Source of the DNA: a virus
Taxonomy: Duplodnaviria > Caudoviricetes
IMG/VR virus record: IMGVR_UViG_2808606883_000001
Location: 3,917 to 67,916 of that record
Reading direction: 5' to 3' (one strand)
DNA: 64,000 nt
In this document: piece after piece, positions 16,503-25,846 of the stretch
How the letters are laid out: each line of letters opens with the position of its first letter
How positions within the stretch are numbered: position 1 is the first letter of the stretch
Notes under the pieces: model-generated
Database searches by the model: none
Told to the model about the DNA's origin: nothing
What the model saw: only the letters and a program-made list of their open reading frames with translations
Translations under genes and position numbers: made by a program

Positions 16503-16568
16503 ATTGCGAGTGTATTAGGTCGTGCAAGCGCATTGGTACTTGCAGATCAAGTACAAATGCAATACTAT
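16503..16568 (+). promoter_or_regulatory. OR region: three operators and pR
   Basis: ATTGCGAGTGTATT (16503-16516), AGCGCATTGGTACT (16527-16540), AGTACAAATGCAAT (16550-16563) match the OL sites; pR -35 TTGCAG (16540), 17 bp spacer, -10 TACTAT (16563). Confidence 0.72.
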
Positions 16569-16578
16569 GGTTCTTACC

Positions 16579-16839
16579 ATGAATGCAGCCGACATCGTCA
16601 AGGAACTCTCGGAGCGCGGACTGACGCAACTGGAAATCCAGCGTCGCTCCGGCGTCCACCAGTCTACCGTTTCTGCCATCAAGACCGGCAGGCGCGGCAC
16701 CAACATTCGCCACGATATTCACATGAAGCTTCAGACGCTGCTTGATGAAGTTCGGGCCGAGAGCAAGTCGACAACAGATGATGCTCAACCTCCGGCCGGG
16801 GGATCTGTCAGTAAAACGAAGGAATACCCCGAAGGCTAA
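16579..16839 (+). CDS. cro: Cro-like HTH protein
   Basis: LTQLEIQRRSGVHQSTVSAI HTH, divergent from cI. Confidence 0.85.
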   Translation: MNAADIVKELSERGLTQLEIQRRSGVHQSTVSAIKTGRRGTNIRHDIHMKLQTLLDEVRAESKSTTDDAQPPAGGSVSKTKEYPEG

Positions 16840-17077
16840 AAATTTGGCCGCAATGATACACGATGCGGCCTCCAAGTGGTCTCCGTACACGCCACCCCGA
16901 CGTGTAACGGTTTGGGCGACGAAGCTGTCGCTCCTTTTTATCTGATGTTGGCCTGCGATTAGCGGGCTGAGTTGGTAGTAGTGCATAGGGAGAAAGCGGC
17001 CGTTGAGTCGCTTTTATGTTGCGTCCCTTCCAACGGTTAATGCAAGGGCACACAACAGCAAAGATAAGGTGAAATCG

Positions 17078-17494
17078 ATGAAAAATTTTGATGCCTTGGC
17101 TCAATTGGTGCTTCCGGTCTTGATGACAATCCCTCCGCCTCGCCCTTTGGAGCGGACGCTGATCGACGAATGCAAGACGTTCGGCGATGCGGTTTGCCTG
17201 TGTCTGGAAAGGCGGATTCGGCGCCTGAGCGAAGGTGAGATTGCTGGGTATCTTGGCTTCCGTCCGCCGCACTTGGCTAAAGTCAAGCAAGGCAAGGGAT
17301 ATCTGACGAGCGATCAAGAAGCGATTCTCGAGCGACTTTGCTCTAACACGGCCATCTCGCAGTACGCGCGAAAGCGTCAAGCGGAACTTGAGCGAATGAT
17401 CCCGAAGCCCGACATTTCGGACGAGATGAAGGCGATGGTCGAAGCGCTGGTCGCACAAAAACTAGCTGAAGCGAAACAGGAAAAGGCTGCATGA
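17078..17494 (+). CDS. CII-like HTH regulator
   Basis: Position after cro; LSEGEIAGYLGFRPPHLAKVK HTH-like segment. Confidence 0.55.
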   Translation: MKNFDALAQLVLPVLMTIPPPRPLERTLIDECKTFGDAVCLCLERRIRRLSEGEIAGYLGFRPPHLAKVKQGKGYLTSDQEAILERLCSNTAISQYARKRQAELERMIPKPDISDEMKAMVEALVAQKLAEAKQEKAA

Positions 17495-17676
17495 CAGAGA
17501 ACCGAATTTTCAACGGCCCGGCGCTCGTCGTGATCGATGTTGAGACCAAGACGTACGCACGGTACTTCGGCAACAAAAGAACGCTGGCGGCTCGCGGAGA
17601 AGAATTCCTGACGCCAGTTGAGGTTGAAATGTTCCGCGTCGATCCGCGCAAGTTCATGGGTATCGAGGCGGCTTAA
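17491..17676 (+). CDS. Hypothetical protein
   Basis: ATGA-coupled ORF. Confidence 0.6.
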   Translation: MTENRIFNGPALVVIDVETKTYARYFGNKRTLAARGEEFLTPVEVEMFRVDPRKFMGIEAA

Positions 17677-17689
17677 CACCGGGAGCAGC

Positions 17690-18340
17690 ATGAGAATCCT
17701 TCCAGACTTTGAAGAATGGCCCGGAGTCATCGCTGGGTTCGCGGATACCGCCGACAGCTTCGAAATTCTCGGCATCGGGTGCGTTCGTCCGATGATCGGC
17801 GGCGTTTTTGGATTCCAACGATTCTGGATGTCGTCGGCACCGTACGTCAAGGGTGGACTCGATGAGGTCCGCTATTTTGTGATTGAAAGGTCTTGCGGTG
17901 TGCCATTTGGAATCGGCGATACGAAAGCCGCCGCCATTTCCCAGGCTCGATGGTTTGTGACCAGTTACGGCGATTATTTCGATTCCCTGGTCGCAATGAT
18001 CATTGCCGAGCGCCAACGCCGGCAAGCCGAGCGTGTGCAGCAGGCCAAAGATGCCACCCGAGCCCTGATCGATGAAGTGAGATCGGCGCGGGTCGAAGAA
18101 AAGCGCATCCCGCGCCGTCGTCGTCAGGTCTTCGAGAAATCGAACGGTTGCTGCCACTACTGCAGCATGCCGCTCGACCTGTACGGCAAATGGCATGTCG
18201 AGCACATGATGCCGAAGGCGCTGGGTGGCTCCGACGAGCCCGGCAACCTCGTCGCCTCTTGCGTCCCATGCAACATGAAGAAGAAGGACAAGACTGCCGA
18301 GGAATTCATCGCAGAGCGAGCCAAGCAGGAGGCAGCATGA
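17690..18340 (+). CDS. HNH endonuclease-domain protein
   Basis: CCHYC..WHVEHMMPKALGGSDEPGNLVASCVPCNMKK. Confidence 0.88.
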   Translation: MRILPDFEEWPGVIAGFADTADSFEILGIGCVRPMIGGVFGFQRFWMSSAPYVKGGLDEVRYFVIERSCGVPFGIGDTKAAAISQARWFVTSYGDYFDSLVAMIIAERQRRQAERVQQAKDATRALIDEVRSARVEEKRIPRRRRQVFEKSNGCCHYCSMPLDLYGKWHVEHMMPKALGGSDEPGNLVASCVPCNMKKKDKTAEEFIAERAKQEAA

Positions 18341-18496
18341 GCATCTTCACGATTTGGTTCTTCATGGCGTCGTTCATGGCGCGGGCGTGGCTCGCATGAA
18401 GACCTTCATTCTGGTCTCGGCTGCGCTCCTGCTGTCGACCCTGGCCGTTGTCACGGTCTGCGACTTTGTCGAATGGTATTCGGCGCTGGGGGTGAG

Positions 18497-18676
18497 ATGA
18501 ACGCGCCCGAGCCAGTTCATTCCGATCCGCTGCTAGCGGAAGTGTTCGAGCTGCTGCATCGGATGACGAAATCGCAAGATCAGGCTCTCGGGTGGTATGC
18601 GTGGGACGCGATCAGGAAGCTCGAGCAGTACGAGAAGCAGCAGAAGGCGCTGCTGGGACTGACTAAGGGGAAGTGA
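18497..18676 (+). CDS. Hypothetical protein
   Basis: Operon-consistent short ORF. Confidence 0.5.
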   Translation: MNAPEPVHSDPLLAEVFELLHRMTKSQDQALGWYAWDAIRKLEQYEKQQKALLGLTKGK

Positions 18677-18677
18677 A

Positions 18678-18860
18678 ATGAAGATGTGTCAGCTTGAAGT
18701 GAAGGTTGACGAGGCCGGATATCTCCTCCTCATTCAAGAGGATGGCGGCGAGGACGAAATCATCGCCCTACATCCTGATCAAGTGCCGGTTGTTTGCGAA
18801 TGGATGATGAAGATGATCGGCGCGCGCGTTGAGACGAAGGAAGTCAAGAGCCAAGGCTAA
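18678..18860 (+). CDS. Hypothetical protein
   Basis: Operon-consistent short ORF. Confidence 0.55.
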   Translation: MKMCQLEVKVDEAGYLLLIQEDGGEDEIIALHPDQVPVVCEWMMKMIGARVETKEVKSQG

Positions 18861-18872
18861 CTGGATGAAAGC

Positions 18873-20180
18873 GTGCAAGAAGAAACGCCGCAACTTGAAG
18901 ACGGGTACACTCGGATAGCCAATGAATTGCTCGACGCAATCATTGCCTTCCCGTTTTCGGCTAGGCAAATGCGCGTTCTGATGGGTTTGATCCGGAAGTT
19001 GTACGGGTACAACAAGAAGCGGGATGACATTTCTGCTTCGCAGATTGGAGAGCTTTGCGCGATGCACCGCTCGCATGTTTCCGAAACGCTGGGCCACCTT
19101 GCGGCCATGAAGGTCATCTTCAAGGAGCCAGGCCGCTTCGGCAACATGATCGAGATCAACAAGAATTACCGGCAGTGGCTTGAGCTCGATTCCAATGGTG
19201 AACCCAAGGAACGAGTGCAGCGAAACAAAATCGAGTGCACCTTCCACTACACATATCGAACGACGAAAGTCGCGACGGGTGAGTTCTATCTGGGCGTCAG
19301 ATCTTGCGCATGCCATCCGAACCAGGACCGCTATATCGGCTCTGGCAATTGGATTGCGACCGTAAAGGCGGCTGAACTGAGGAAGGAGGTCATCGCCACG
19401 TACGGGAGTCGGGAAGAAGCCGAGCAAGCGGAAAAGGATCTGATTCGTGCCAGTTGGGGCAATCCGTTACTCCGGAACACGACGCTCTATCAGCGTACAG
19501 AACCTGTACAGGGTGTACAGAATCTGTACAGGGGTACAGAAGATGTACAGGGTGTACAGAATGAGGGTGGCGCTAGTACAGAATCTGTACAGGTCGATAG
19601 TACAGATTCTGTACACACAAAAGACAACCTTCCAAAAGACATAGAACAAAAGACAAAAATCTTCCCGCGCTCGCTTCGCGAACGCTTCGAGATTTTTTGG
19701 TCGGCTTACCCGCGTAAAACGGAAAAGCAGGACGCCCTGAAGGCGTTCGAAAAGCTTAACCCTGATGACGACTTGCTCGCTGAGATCTTGGCGGCCGTTG
19801 CCCTCGCCAAGAGATCGGAGCAATGGAAGGTCAAGAAGTATATCAAGCACGGCGCGACATGGCTGAATAAAGCCTGCTGGCAGGATGAGTTGACCGTGTC
19901 CTACACGGAAGAGCAGCTCGAGGTTATGGCGCTTTACAACGAGTGCCTTGGTGATTCGCTGGGTCTGGCGGATGTGGATGTCTTTGTTGGCGAGCGCGCA
20001 GATGCAATTGACGATTTCCGGACTTTCGTTGCCAAAGACCCGGCGTTTTGGAAGCGGTATTTCCCGTGGGTAGCGGAGAACGTTGATGTACCTCCGAGAT
20101 GTGGATTTGACTGGCTTATCGGTCGTGACGGTTTTACGAAAGTGAAAGGCGGACAATTTAACAAGGACGCAGCAGCATGA
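18873..20180 (+). CDS. Lambda O-like replication initiator with inserted GIY-YIG-like domain
   Basis: LEDGYTRIANELLDAI..LIRKLYGYNKK N-terminus; internal iterons; C-terminal FEIFWSAYPRK..HGATWLN; followed by DnaB. Confidence 0.88.
   Translation: MQEETPQLEDGYTRIANELLDAIIAFPFSARQMRVLMGLIRKLYGYNKKRDDISASQIGELCAMHRSHVSETLGHLAAMKVIFKEPGRFGNMIEINKNYRQWLELDSNGEPKERVQRNKIECTFHYTYRTTKVATGEFYLGVRSCACHPNQDRYIGSGNWIATVKAAELRKEVIATYGSREEAEQAEKDLIRASWGNPLLRNTTLYQRTEPVQGVQNLYRGTEDVQGVQNEGGASTESVQVDSTDSVHTKDNLPKDIEQKTKIFPRSLRERFEIFWSAYPRKTEKQDALKAFEKLNPDDDLLAEILAAVALAKRSEQWKVKKYIKHGATWLNKACWQDELTVSYTEEQLEVMALYNECLGDSLGLADVDVFVGERADAIDDFRTFVAKDPAFWKRYFPWVAENVDVPPRCGFDWLIGRDGFTKVKGGQFNKDAAA
19495..19614. repeat. 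Replication origin iterons
   Basis: Five palindromic units GTACAG-N3-(C/A)TGTAC at 19495, 19515, 19534, 19576, 19600, plus a half site at 19554. Confidence 0.85.
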
Positions 20181-21577
20181 ACGCACCCGAGCAGCAATAT
20201 CTCGATCAAAGTCACCTCGCCGTACCACCACATAGCCAGGAAGCCGAGCAATCGGTGCTTGGCGCGCTGCTGATCGAAAACGAAGCGATCGACCGCATTC
20301 CGGAATTGCGAGCCGACCAGTTCTATCGCTACGACCATCGGATCATCTTCGATTGCATCACGCGCATGATCATGGCGAACCGTCGTGCTGACGTGGTGAC
20401 GGTCTACGAATGGCTTTGCACTAGCGGCAAAGACGATCAGGCCGGTGGGCTGCCGTACCTGAATTCGTTGGCGCAGAACACGCCGGGCGCTGCGAACATC
20501 CGGCGCTATGCGGAGATCGTCATCGAGCGTGCGCAGCTTCGCGGGCTGCTTTCGGCGGTCGATGAAATCGGTGCGATGGTGCACAACCGCGCCGGCAAGA
20601 CCGCCGCTGAGATCATCGCCGAAGCACAGGAGCGTCTCGAGCCGTTGGCCGAGGCCCGCAGCTTTGCGCCGAAAGAGGTTGGCCCGATCCTGACGAGCAT
20701 TGTTGAAGAGATCGACGCACGCTTCCACGGCGCAGAACTGCCGATCGTGTCTACGGGCTTCCGCGATCTTGATGCGAAGCTTGGCGGAGGCCTGCGCGGT
20801 TCGGAGTTGATCGTTGTAGCTGGTCGCCCATCCATGGGCAAGACGGCGTTCTCGATGGCCGTAGCCGGAAACATCGCCCAGGATGGCGGCGTGGTGCTGG
20901 TCTTCTCGCTCGAGATGTCCGGGAAAGCGCTACATCAACGCAACATTGCGCGTGTCGGAGGCATCCGCTTGGATCATGTTCTCGACGGAAAGAAGATCGT
21001 TGACGATGACTGGCCGCGCCTGACGCATGCAGTTCAGGTGATGTCTGAAATGCAAATGCTAATCGACGATCAATCAGGGCTATCACTCGCCGAGATCGTG
21101 AGCCGCAGCCGCACCATTAAGCGCCGCGCCGGCCGCTTGGATTTGATCTTAGTTGATTACATCGGCCTGATGACAGGCGGAAGCGAAGAACGGCAAGACT
21201 TGCGGATTGGCAGCTACTCAGCGGGCTTGAAGGGCCTTGCCAAACAACTCGACGTTCCAGTGATTGCCCTTTCTCAGCTCAATCGCGGCGTCGAACAGCG
21301 TCCTAACAAGCGCCCGACTATGGGCGATCTGCGGGACTCTGGTGCCATCGAACAGGACGCGGACGTGATTCTCATGCTCTACCGTGATGAGGTCTACAAC
21401 CCGGACACGCCGGATCGTGGCACGGCAGAGATCATCGTAGGCAAGCAACGCAATGGCGAAACTGGCCCGGTGCGCCTCGCGTTCGCTGGTGAATATCAGC
21501 GGTTCGCAGACCTTGCGCTGGGTTACGCGCCAACCCCACGCGCGGAGCCGCAAAAGGCTCGCCGAGGTTTCGAGTAA
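20177..21577 (+). CDS. dnaB: DnaB-like replicative helicase
   Basis: PPHSQEAEQSVLG, AGRPSMGKT Walker A, VDYIGL, SQLNR, DLRDSGAIEQDAD, KQRNG. Confidence 0.97.
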   Translation: MNAPEQQYLDQSHLAVPPHSQEAEQSVLGALLIENEAIDRIPELRADQFYRYDHRIIFDCITRMIMANRRADVVTVYEWLCTSGKDDQAGGLPYLNSLAQNTPGAANIRRYAEIVIERAQLRGLLSAVDEIGAMVHNRAGKTAAEIIAEAQERLEPLAEARSFAPKEVGPILTSIVEEIDARFHGAELPIVSTGFRDLDAKLGGGLRGSELIVVAGRPSMGKTAFSMAVAGNIAQDGGVVLVFSLEMSGKALHQRNIARVGGIRLDHVLDGKKIVDDDWPRLTHAVQVMSEMQMLIDDQSGLSLAEIVSRSRTIKRRAGRLDLILVDYIGLMTGGSEERQDLRIGSYSAGLKGLAKQLDVPVIALSQLNRGVEQRPNKRPTMGDLRDSGAIEQDADVILMLYRDEVYNPDTPDRGTAEIIVGKQRNGETGPVRLAFAGEYQRFADLALGYAPTPRAEPQKARRGFE

Positions 21578-21647
21578 GGACTAAGAGGATGAGAGAAATG
21601 GAGCGAGTAACAGGAATGGCGCGTAGGAGTGCGAACGGGGTGGAAGC

Positions 21648-21977
21648 GTGAGAAGAGCAGCGCGCGTTGATGACAATCAAGCCGAGATCGTCGTCGGTCT
21701 TCGGAAGATCGGTGCGAGCGTTACGCCAATCCATCAAGTCGGCAACGGTTGCCCTGATTTGGCGGTTGGCTACAGGGGCCGCACCGTCTTGTTCGAACTG
21801 AAAGACCCGAAGCAGCCACTGAGCAAGCGAAAGCTGACCGACGACGAGGCGATCTGGTTCGGAAGTTGGCGTGGCGAGGCATACGTAATCGAGACGATCG
21901 AACAAGCAATCGAATATCTGACGAGGCCCCGCGCGGGCGTTATGGAGGTGAGCGATGGCAGCAAGCAAGAAGCGTAA
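21648..21977 (+). CDS. VRR-NUC/PD-(D/E)xK nuclease
   Basis: RVDDNQAEIV..GCPDL..FELKD. Confidence 0.8.
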   Translation: MRRAARVDDNQAEIVVGLRKIGASVTPIHQVGNGCPDLAVGYRGRTVLFELKDPKQPLSKRKLTDDEAIWFGSWRGEAYVIETIEQAIEYLTRPRAGVMEVSDGSKQEA

Positions 21978-22455
21978 GGGAGCGAAGCGTTACGACACGT
22001 CCCGCACGGCAAAGCGCTGCGCCCAAATCATCGAACACGTCGTCCAGACATCACCCATGCGCGCCGACGCCCAGCGCGATATCGAAATCGCCGCACATGT
22101 GGCGCTTGAGAGGCTGATTCGTGGCGGCGACAAGGATTCACTGTACGTGCTCGCATCGGCACTGGACGTTGCTCGTGAACTCGCCCTGCATGACGTTGGT
22201 ACTGATTACTTGGCCAAAATCGAGCGCGGGATGGCGGCAATCGTGGCGACGAAGAAGCGCGCAAATCTAACGGGCGCGTGGAAGTTCGAAAGCGGTGAGG
22301 CAGAGGCGGTCAGTGCCGCAATTGCCGTGCACGACGCGCAACTGGAAGTCGCGAGCCGAAAGCTTGTCGTCGACACGATCAATAAGCTGACGGCGCGGAT
22401 CGAGGCTGGCGAGGGTGAGACGGAGTTTGAAGTATCACTTTTGGAGGCTGCATGA
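21955..22455 (+). CDS. Phage hypothetical protein
   Basis: 166-aa ORF coupled to neighbours. Confidence 0.7.
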   Translation: MAASKKRKGAKRYDTSRTAKRCAQIIEHVVQTSPMRADAQRDIEIAAHVALERLIRGGDKDSLYVLASALDVARELALHDVGTDYLAKIERGMAAIVATKKRANLTGAWKFESGEAEAVSAAIAVHDAQLEVASRKLVVDTINKLTARIEAGEGETEFEVSLLEAA

Positions 22456-22820
22456 TGGAACAACCCGGAACGCTTCGCACTGAAATCATCGCCATTCTCA
22501 GGCTTGAGGGTCCGATGACATCGGCGGAAATCGCCAAAGAGATCGACCGCCCTTACGCCTCGGTTCGCCGAGCTATCTCCGAAGCGCGGAAAGGCAAGAT
22601 CAAGGCGTTCTATGTCACGGATTATGACGAGGCATCTGCAGGTAGCTTCAAACGGCCGGCGATCTATGCGATCGGGAATAAGGAGGATAAGCCCTACCCC
22701 AACATCGGCATGGCTCAGAAGTACAGGCGCCACTGGCAACGCGAGAAGGCGATGCGCCAAATTATCGATGTCGGCGAAGGAAACCACTTTGCATCTCTGA
22801 TCGTACAGGTGACGAAATGA
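22452..22820 (+). CDS. Winged-HTH-like protein
   Basis: GPMTSAEIAKEIDRPYASVRRAI. Confidence 0.65.
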   Translation: MMEQPGTLRTEIIAILRLEGPMTSAEIAKEIDRPYASVRRAISEARKGKIKAFYVTDYDEASAGSFKRPAIYAIGNKEDKPYPNIGMAQKYRRHWQREKAMRQIIDVGEGNHFASLIVQVTK

Positions 22821-23188
22821 CCCGCCCATGGGAAAGCTATACGACATCGGAACTGAAGTTGATCAAAACGCACTATCCAACGTCTATGCCAATGCGCGAA
22901 TTGTGCGTCCTTCTGTCGAGGCACACCAAAAGGTCTATCGAAACGACGGCGCGCGGTATGGGGTTGAAGCGCCCGAATATTCAAGAGCGCCCAGCCTGGG
23001 AGCGTATGCGGTCAATGCTTGCCGGCAAGGAAATGACGACCAAGGAAATCGCTGCGGAGCTTGGCGTATGTCGTCGTCGAGTGATGGTCCTTATCGATGC
23101 CAACAAAGAACATCTGTATGTCGCGTCGAAAATTTCGGTTGCTAAGAATGTCGAGGCATTCCAATGGGCAATAAGGGAACCTTCCTAA
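22817..23188 (+). CDS. HTH-containing hypothetical protein
   Basis: MTTKEIAAELGVCRRRV. Confidence 0.6.
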   Translation: MTRPWESYTTSELKLIKTHYPTSMPMRELCVLLSRHTKRSIETTARGMGLKRPNIQERPAWERMRSMLAGKEMTTKEIAAELGVCRRRVMVLIDANKEHLYVASKISVAKNVEAFQWAIREPS

Positions 23189-23401
23189 ATGCAATCCCGC
23201 CGCGCATCCGTCATCGAGGCAGCTACTAGCACTATCGTTGGCTGCATCGTCGGGCTCGTCACTAATTACATCGTGATGCCCTACTACGGGATGCACATCG
23301 GCTTGATGGACAACGTGAGCTTGACGGGGATTTTTACGGTGGTTTCGTTTATCAAATCATATAGCGTGCGCAGATTATTCGCCGCATGGAGGAAGCAATG
23401 A
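23189..23401 (+). CDS. Small two-TM membrane protein
   Basis: Hydrophobic, ends SYSVRRLF. Confidence 0.65.
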   Translation: MQSRRASVIEAATSTIVGCIVGLVTNYIVMPYYGMHIGLMDNVSLTGIFTVVSFIKSYSVRRLFAAWRKQ

Positions 23402-24018
23402 AAACGTTTGTGCTGAAGCAATTGCTGCGAATGCATGAGAATGCGCGCGCAACGCCCTACTATGATCTTCCGGGCTATATGCTGCGCGATTGGGTTCTCG
23501 GCTTCCGAAGCCCGGAGCGCAATGGCGACAACCTTTTATGGAAGATGGGATTTCGCCCGAAGTCGTCGGCGCTCTATCGCTGGCTGTGCCACCACATCGC
23601 GATCCGCGCGCACACGATCCTGCGCAGCGACCGCGACCGGCACCTGCACGATCACCCGTCGTGGTCGCTGTCGATCGTGCTTGATGGTGGCTACTGGGAG
23701 GTTTTCGAGCCGACGATGCTGGCGCTGCGTCGTCCGGTTGCGTACCGATTCCTGTTGGATCTGTGCTCCCGCCACAACCCGGACGATTGGGACAAAAACG
23801 AACTTGAGGAAGCACGCGACTTCGGCATCTTCTGGCGTGGCCCGGGTGCGATCGTGTTCCGCAAGGCGACTTGCTTCCACCGTCTGATCCTGCCCGCTGA
23901 CACGCAAGCCAAGTCTATCTTCGCGATGGGAAGGCGGACGAATAGCTGGGGCTTCAAGACGCCAGAAGGCAAAGTCTACTGGCGCACCTATCTTGGACTC
24001 GACAAGGAGCGGTCGTGA
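23398..24018 (+). CDS. Cupin-like hypothetical protein
   Basis: DRDRHLHDHPSWSLSIVLDGGYWE and FHRL motifs. Confidence 0.65.
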   Translation: MKTFVLKQLLRMHENARATPYYDLPGYMLRDWVLGFRSPERNGDNLLWKMGFRPKSSALYRWLCHHIAIRAHTILRSDRDRHLHDHPSWSLSIVLDGGYWEVFEPTMLALRRPVAYRFLLDLCSRHNPDDWDKNELEEARDFGIFWRGPGAIVFRKATCFHRLILPADTQAKSIFAMGRRTNSWGFKTPEGKVYWRTYLGLDKERS

Positions 24019-24575
24019 ACTATCCGCAAGTTATTGCACTCGTCGGTAATGCGGGTGCAGGGAAATCGACCGTAGCCGATTTTCTCACTCACGAACATGG
24101 CTACAAGCTCGTCAAGTTCGCTGGCCCATTGAAGAATATGCTGCGTGCCATTGGGCTTAATGACGATGAAGTCAATGGATCACTCAAAGAAGTGCCGTGC
24201 AACCTGCTTTGCGGTAAGACGCCGCGGCACGCCATGGTCACGCTCGGAACCGAATGGGGCCGCGACCTGATCGGCGAGAACTTTTGGACGGGACTGTGGG
24301 AAGAGGAAACATGCTCCTATCTCAATAGCGGATTCAACGTCGTGGTCGATGACTGCCGCTTCCCTAACGAATACGAGGCCATCAAGCGTCGCGGTGGAAT
24401 CGCTTGGCACATCGTGCGGCCCGAGCATGCGGGATCGTCTATTCCTGGTCATCGTTCAGAGGGCGCTTTGTCATCTTACTACGATGAGATGCATCAGATC
24501 ACAAACCAGAACTCAATCGACTGGCTGCAATTTATTGTGCAACGAATACTGCAAGCACATGGGGAGCCCGCATGA
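24015..24575 (+). CDS. Deoxynucleoside monophosphate kinase
   Basis: GNAGAGKST P-loop, FAGPLK, TPRHAMVTLGTEWGR, DDCRFPNE. Confidence 0.88.
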   Translation: MNYPQVIALVGNAGAGKSTVADFLTHEHGYKLVKFAGPLKNMLRAIGLNDDEVNGSLKEVPCNLLCGKTPRHAMVTLGTEWGRDLIGENFWTGLWEEETCSYLNSGFNVVVDDCRFPNEYEAIKRRGGIAWHIVRPEHAGSSIPGHRSEGALSSYYDEMHQITNQNSIDWLQFIVQRILQAHGEPA

Positions 24576-24754
24576 GCAATACCGCCGAACTCGTAGCCCG
24601 CGTTTCGAATCTGAGCCATCAAATCGCCGAAGCATCAGCCAAGGGCTTTACTGATAACCGCAGCGCCCTGACGCTCGTGCATGAGCTGAAGGATCTGATC
24701 GACTCTCTCGAGCGCCACGCGACGCAAGAATATCTCGGAGCCAGGCATGAATGA
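24572..24754 (+). CDS. Hypothetical protein
   Basis: Coupled short ORF. Confidence 0.55.
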   Translation: MSNTAELVARVSNLSHQIAEASAKGFTDNRSALTLVHELKDLIDSLERHATQEYLGARHE

Positions 24755-25064
24755 TGAACGCAGTTGCGCTACTTGCGCGCATCGTTACGGAATGATGCGA
24801 GAGTTTTGGCGATGCACTCGCACCGGCAGCTATTGCGAGAATTGGTATTCGGAATGCAATGGGCGAAAAGGATTTCCGTTTTTACTCCGCGTGCGTCGCT
24901 GGCTCGCCGCGTGATTCGAATTTTCACGGGAGTCAAGGCGTGAGTGCATTCTGCCGCGGCTTCCTACAGGGCTGCCGTAATTTCAGAAAATACTTCATCT
25001 GTGCCTGCATCTGGCTATCGCCAGTGTGGGTCATTTTGGTGGGATATGCGATTTGGGAGCGTAT

Positions 25065-25412
25065 ATGAGCGACGACGACAGCCAGATCAATATTTTCCGT
25101 GCGCTCGATTTCATCAGAGACAACGCGCCGGCCTATGCCCAAGCCAAGGCCCAGAGGGTCTATTTGGAGAACTTCCGCAAGAGCAAGAAGGCTTTGCTGA
25201 TGCGCGCGGCGGAAATGCGCGGACACAAGACGGCAGCCATACAGGAGCGTGAGGCTTACGCCGACGACGGTTATATCGAAGTACTGGCCGCACTGCAGGA
25301 GGCAACCGAAAAAGAGGAATCGCTTCGCTGGCTGATGACGGCTGCTGAAGCGAAAATTGAAGCGTGGCGGACCATCGAAGCGACGCGACGCGCGGAAGCG
25401 AGGGCATTGTGA
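25065..25412 (+). CDS. Helical phage protein
   Basis: AQAKAQRVYLENFRKSKKA..EREAYA pattern. Confidence 0.7.
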   Translation: MSDDDSQINIFRALDFIRDNAPAYAQAKAQRVYLENFRKSKKALLMRAAEMRGHKTAAIQEREAYADDGYIEVLAALQEATEKEESLRWLMTAAEAKIEAWRTIEATRRAEARAL

Positions 25413-25846
25413 AGCGCTCCGGATTCAAGTCACGATCGAAACCGATGTCGCGCGGCTCATGGTCCCGCAAAAGCTCACCCTTGCCAGAAGCCGACGCCAA
25501 GACGGCGAAGCGGCAGGCGGGGATCAGGAGCCGGGTGAAGAAACGGGCGACGGCTGCCGAGCGCGAACATATGGGTGTAGTCGCCGGCATGTGCTGCGTC
25601 GTCTGCCGCAACCTCGGATTCGGCGACTCGCCCGCAGAAGTGCATCACGTTCGATACCTGGCGGGTGGCGGACAACGGGCGAGCAACATGGACACGATAC
25701 CGCTTTGCCCTCCGCATCATCGCCTCGGCGGCTGGGGTGTGGCGTACCACGCAGGCCCGGAGGAATTCGAGCGGCGCTACGGCACCGAGGCCGACTTGTT
25801 GAAACAGACCAAGCAGGAGCTTGGGATTGAAATGGAGGCGGCTTGA
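25409..25846 (+). CDS. Ref-like (recombination enhancement) HNH-type nuclease
   Basis: CVVC..AEVHH..TIPLCPPHHR. Confidence 0.7.
   Translation: MKRSGFKSRSKPMSRGSWSRKSSPLPEADAKTAKRQAGIRSRVKKRATAAEREHMGVVAGMCCVVCRNLGFGDSPAEVHHVRYLAGGGQRASNMDTIPLCPPHHRLGGWGVAYHAGPEEFERRYGTEADLLKQTKQELGIEMEAA

Noticed and set aside
19236-19480. Intein in the replication initiator (Cys...Asn-Thr boundaries)
   Set aside because: Only about 80 aa, with no intein block A/B/F/G motifs; the Asn fits the GIY-YIG terminal motif.
19495-19614. GTACAG repeats as a mini-CRISPR
   Set aside because: Units are 15 bp, spacers are only a few bases, and they lie inside an O-like gene, as expected for origin iterons.
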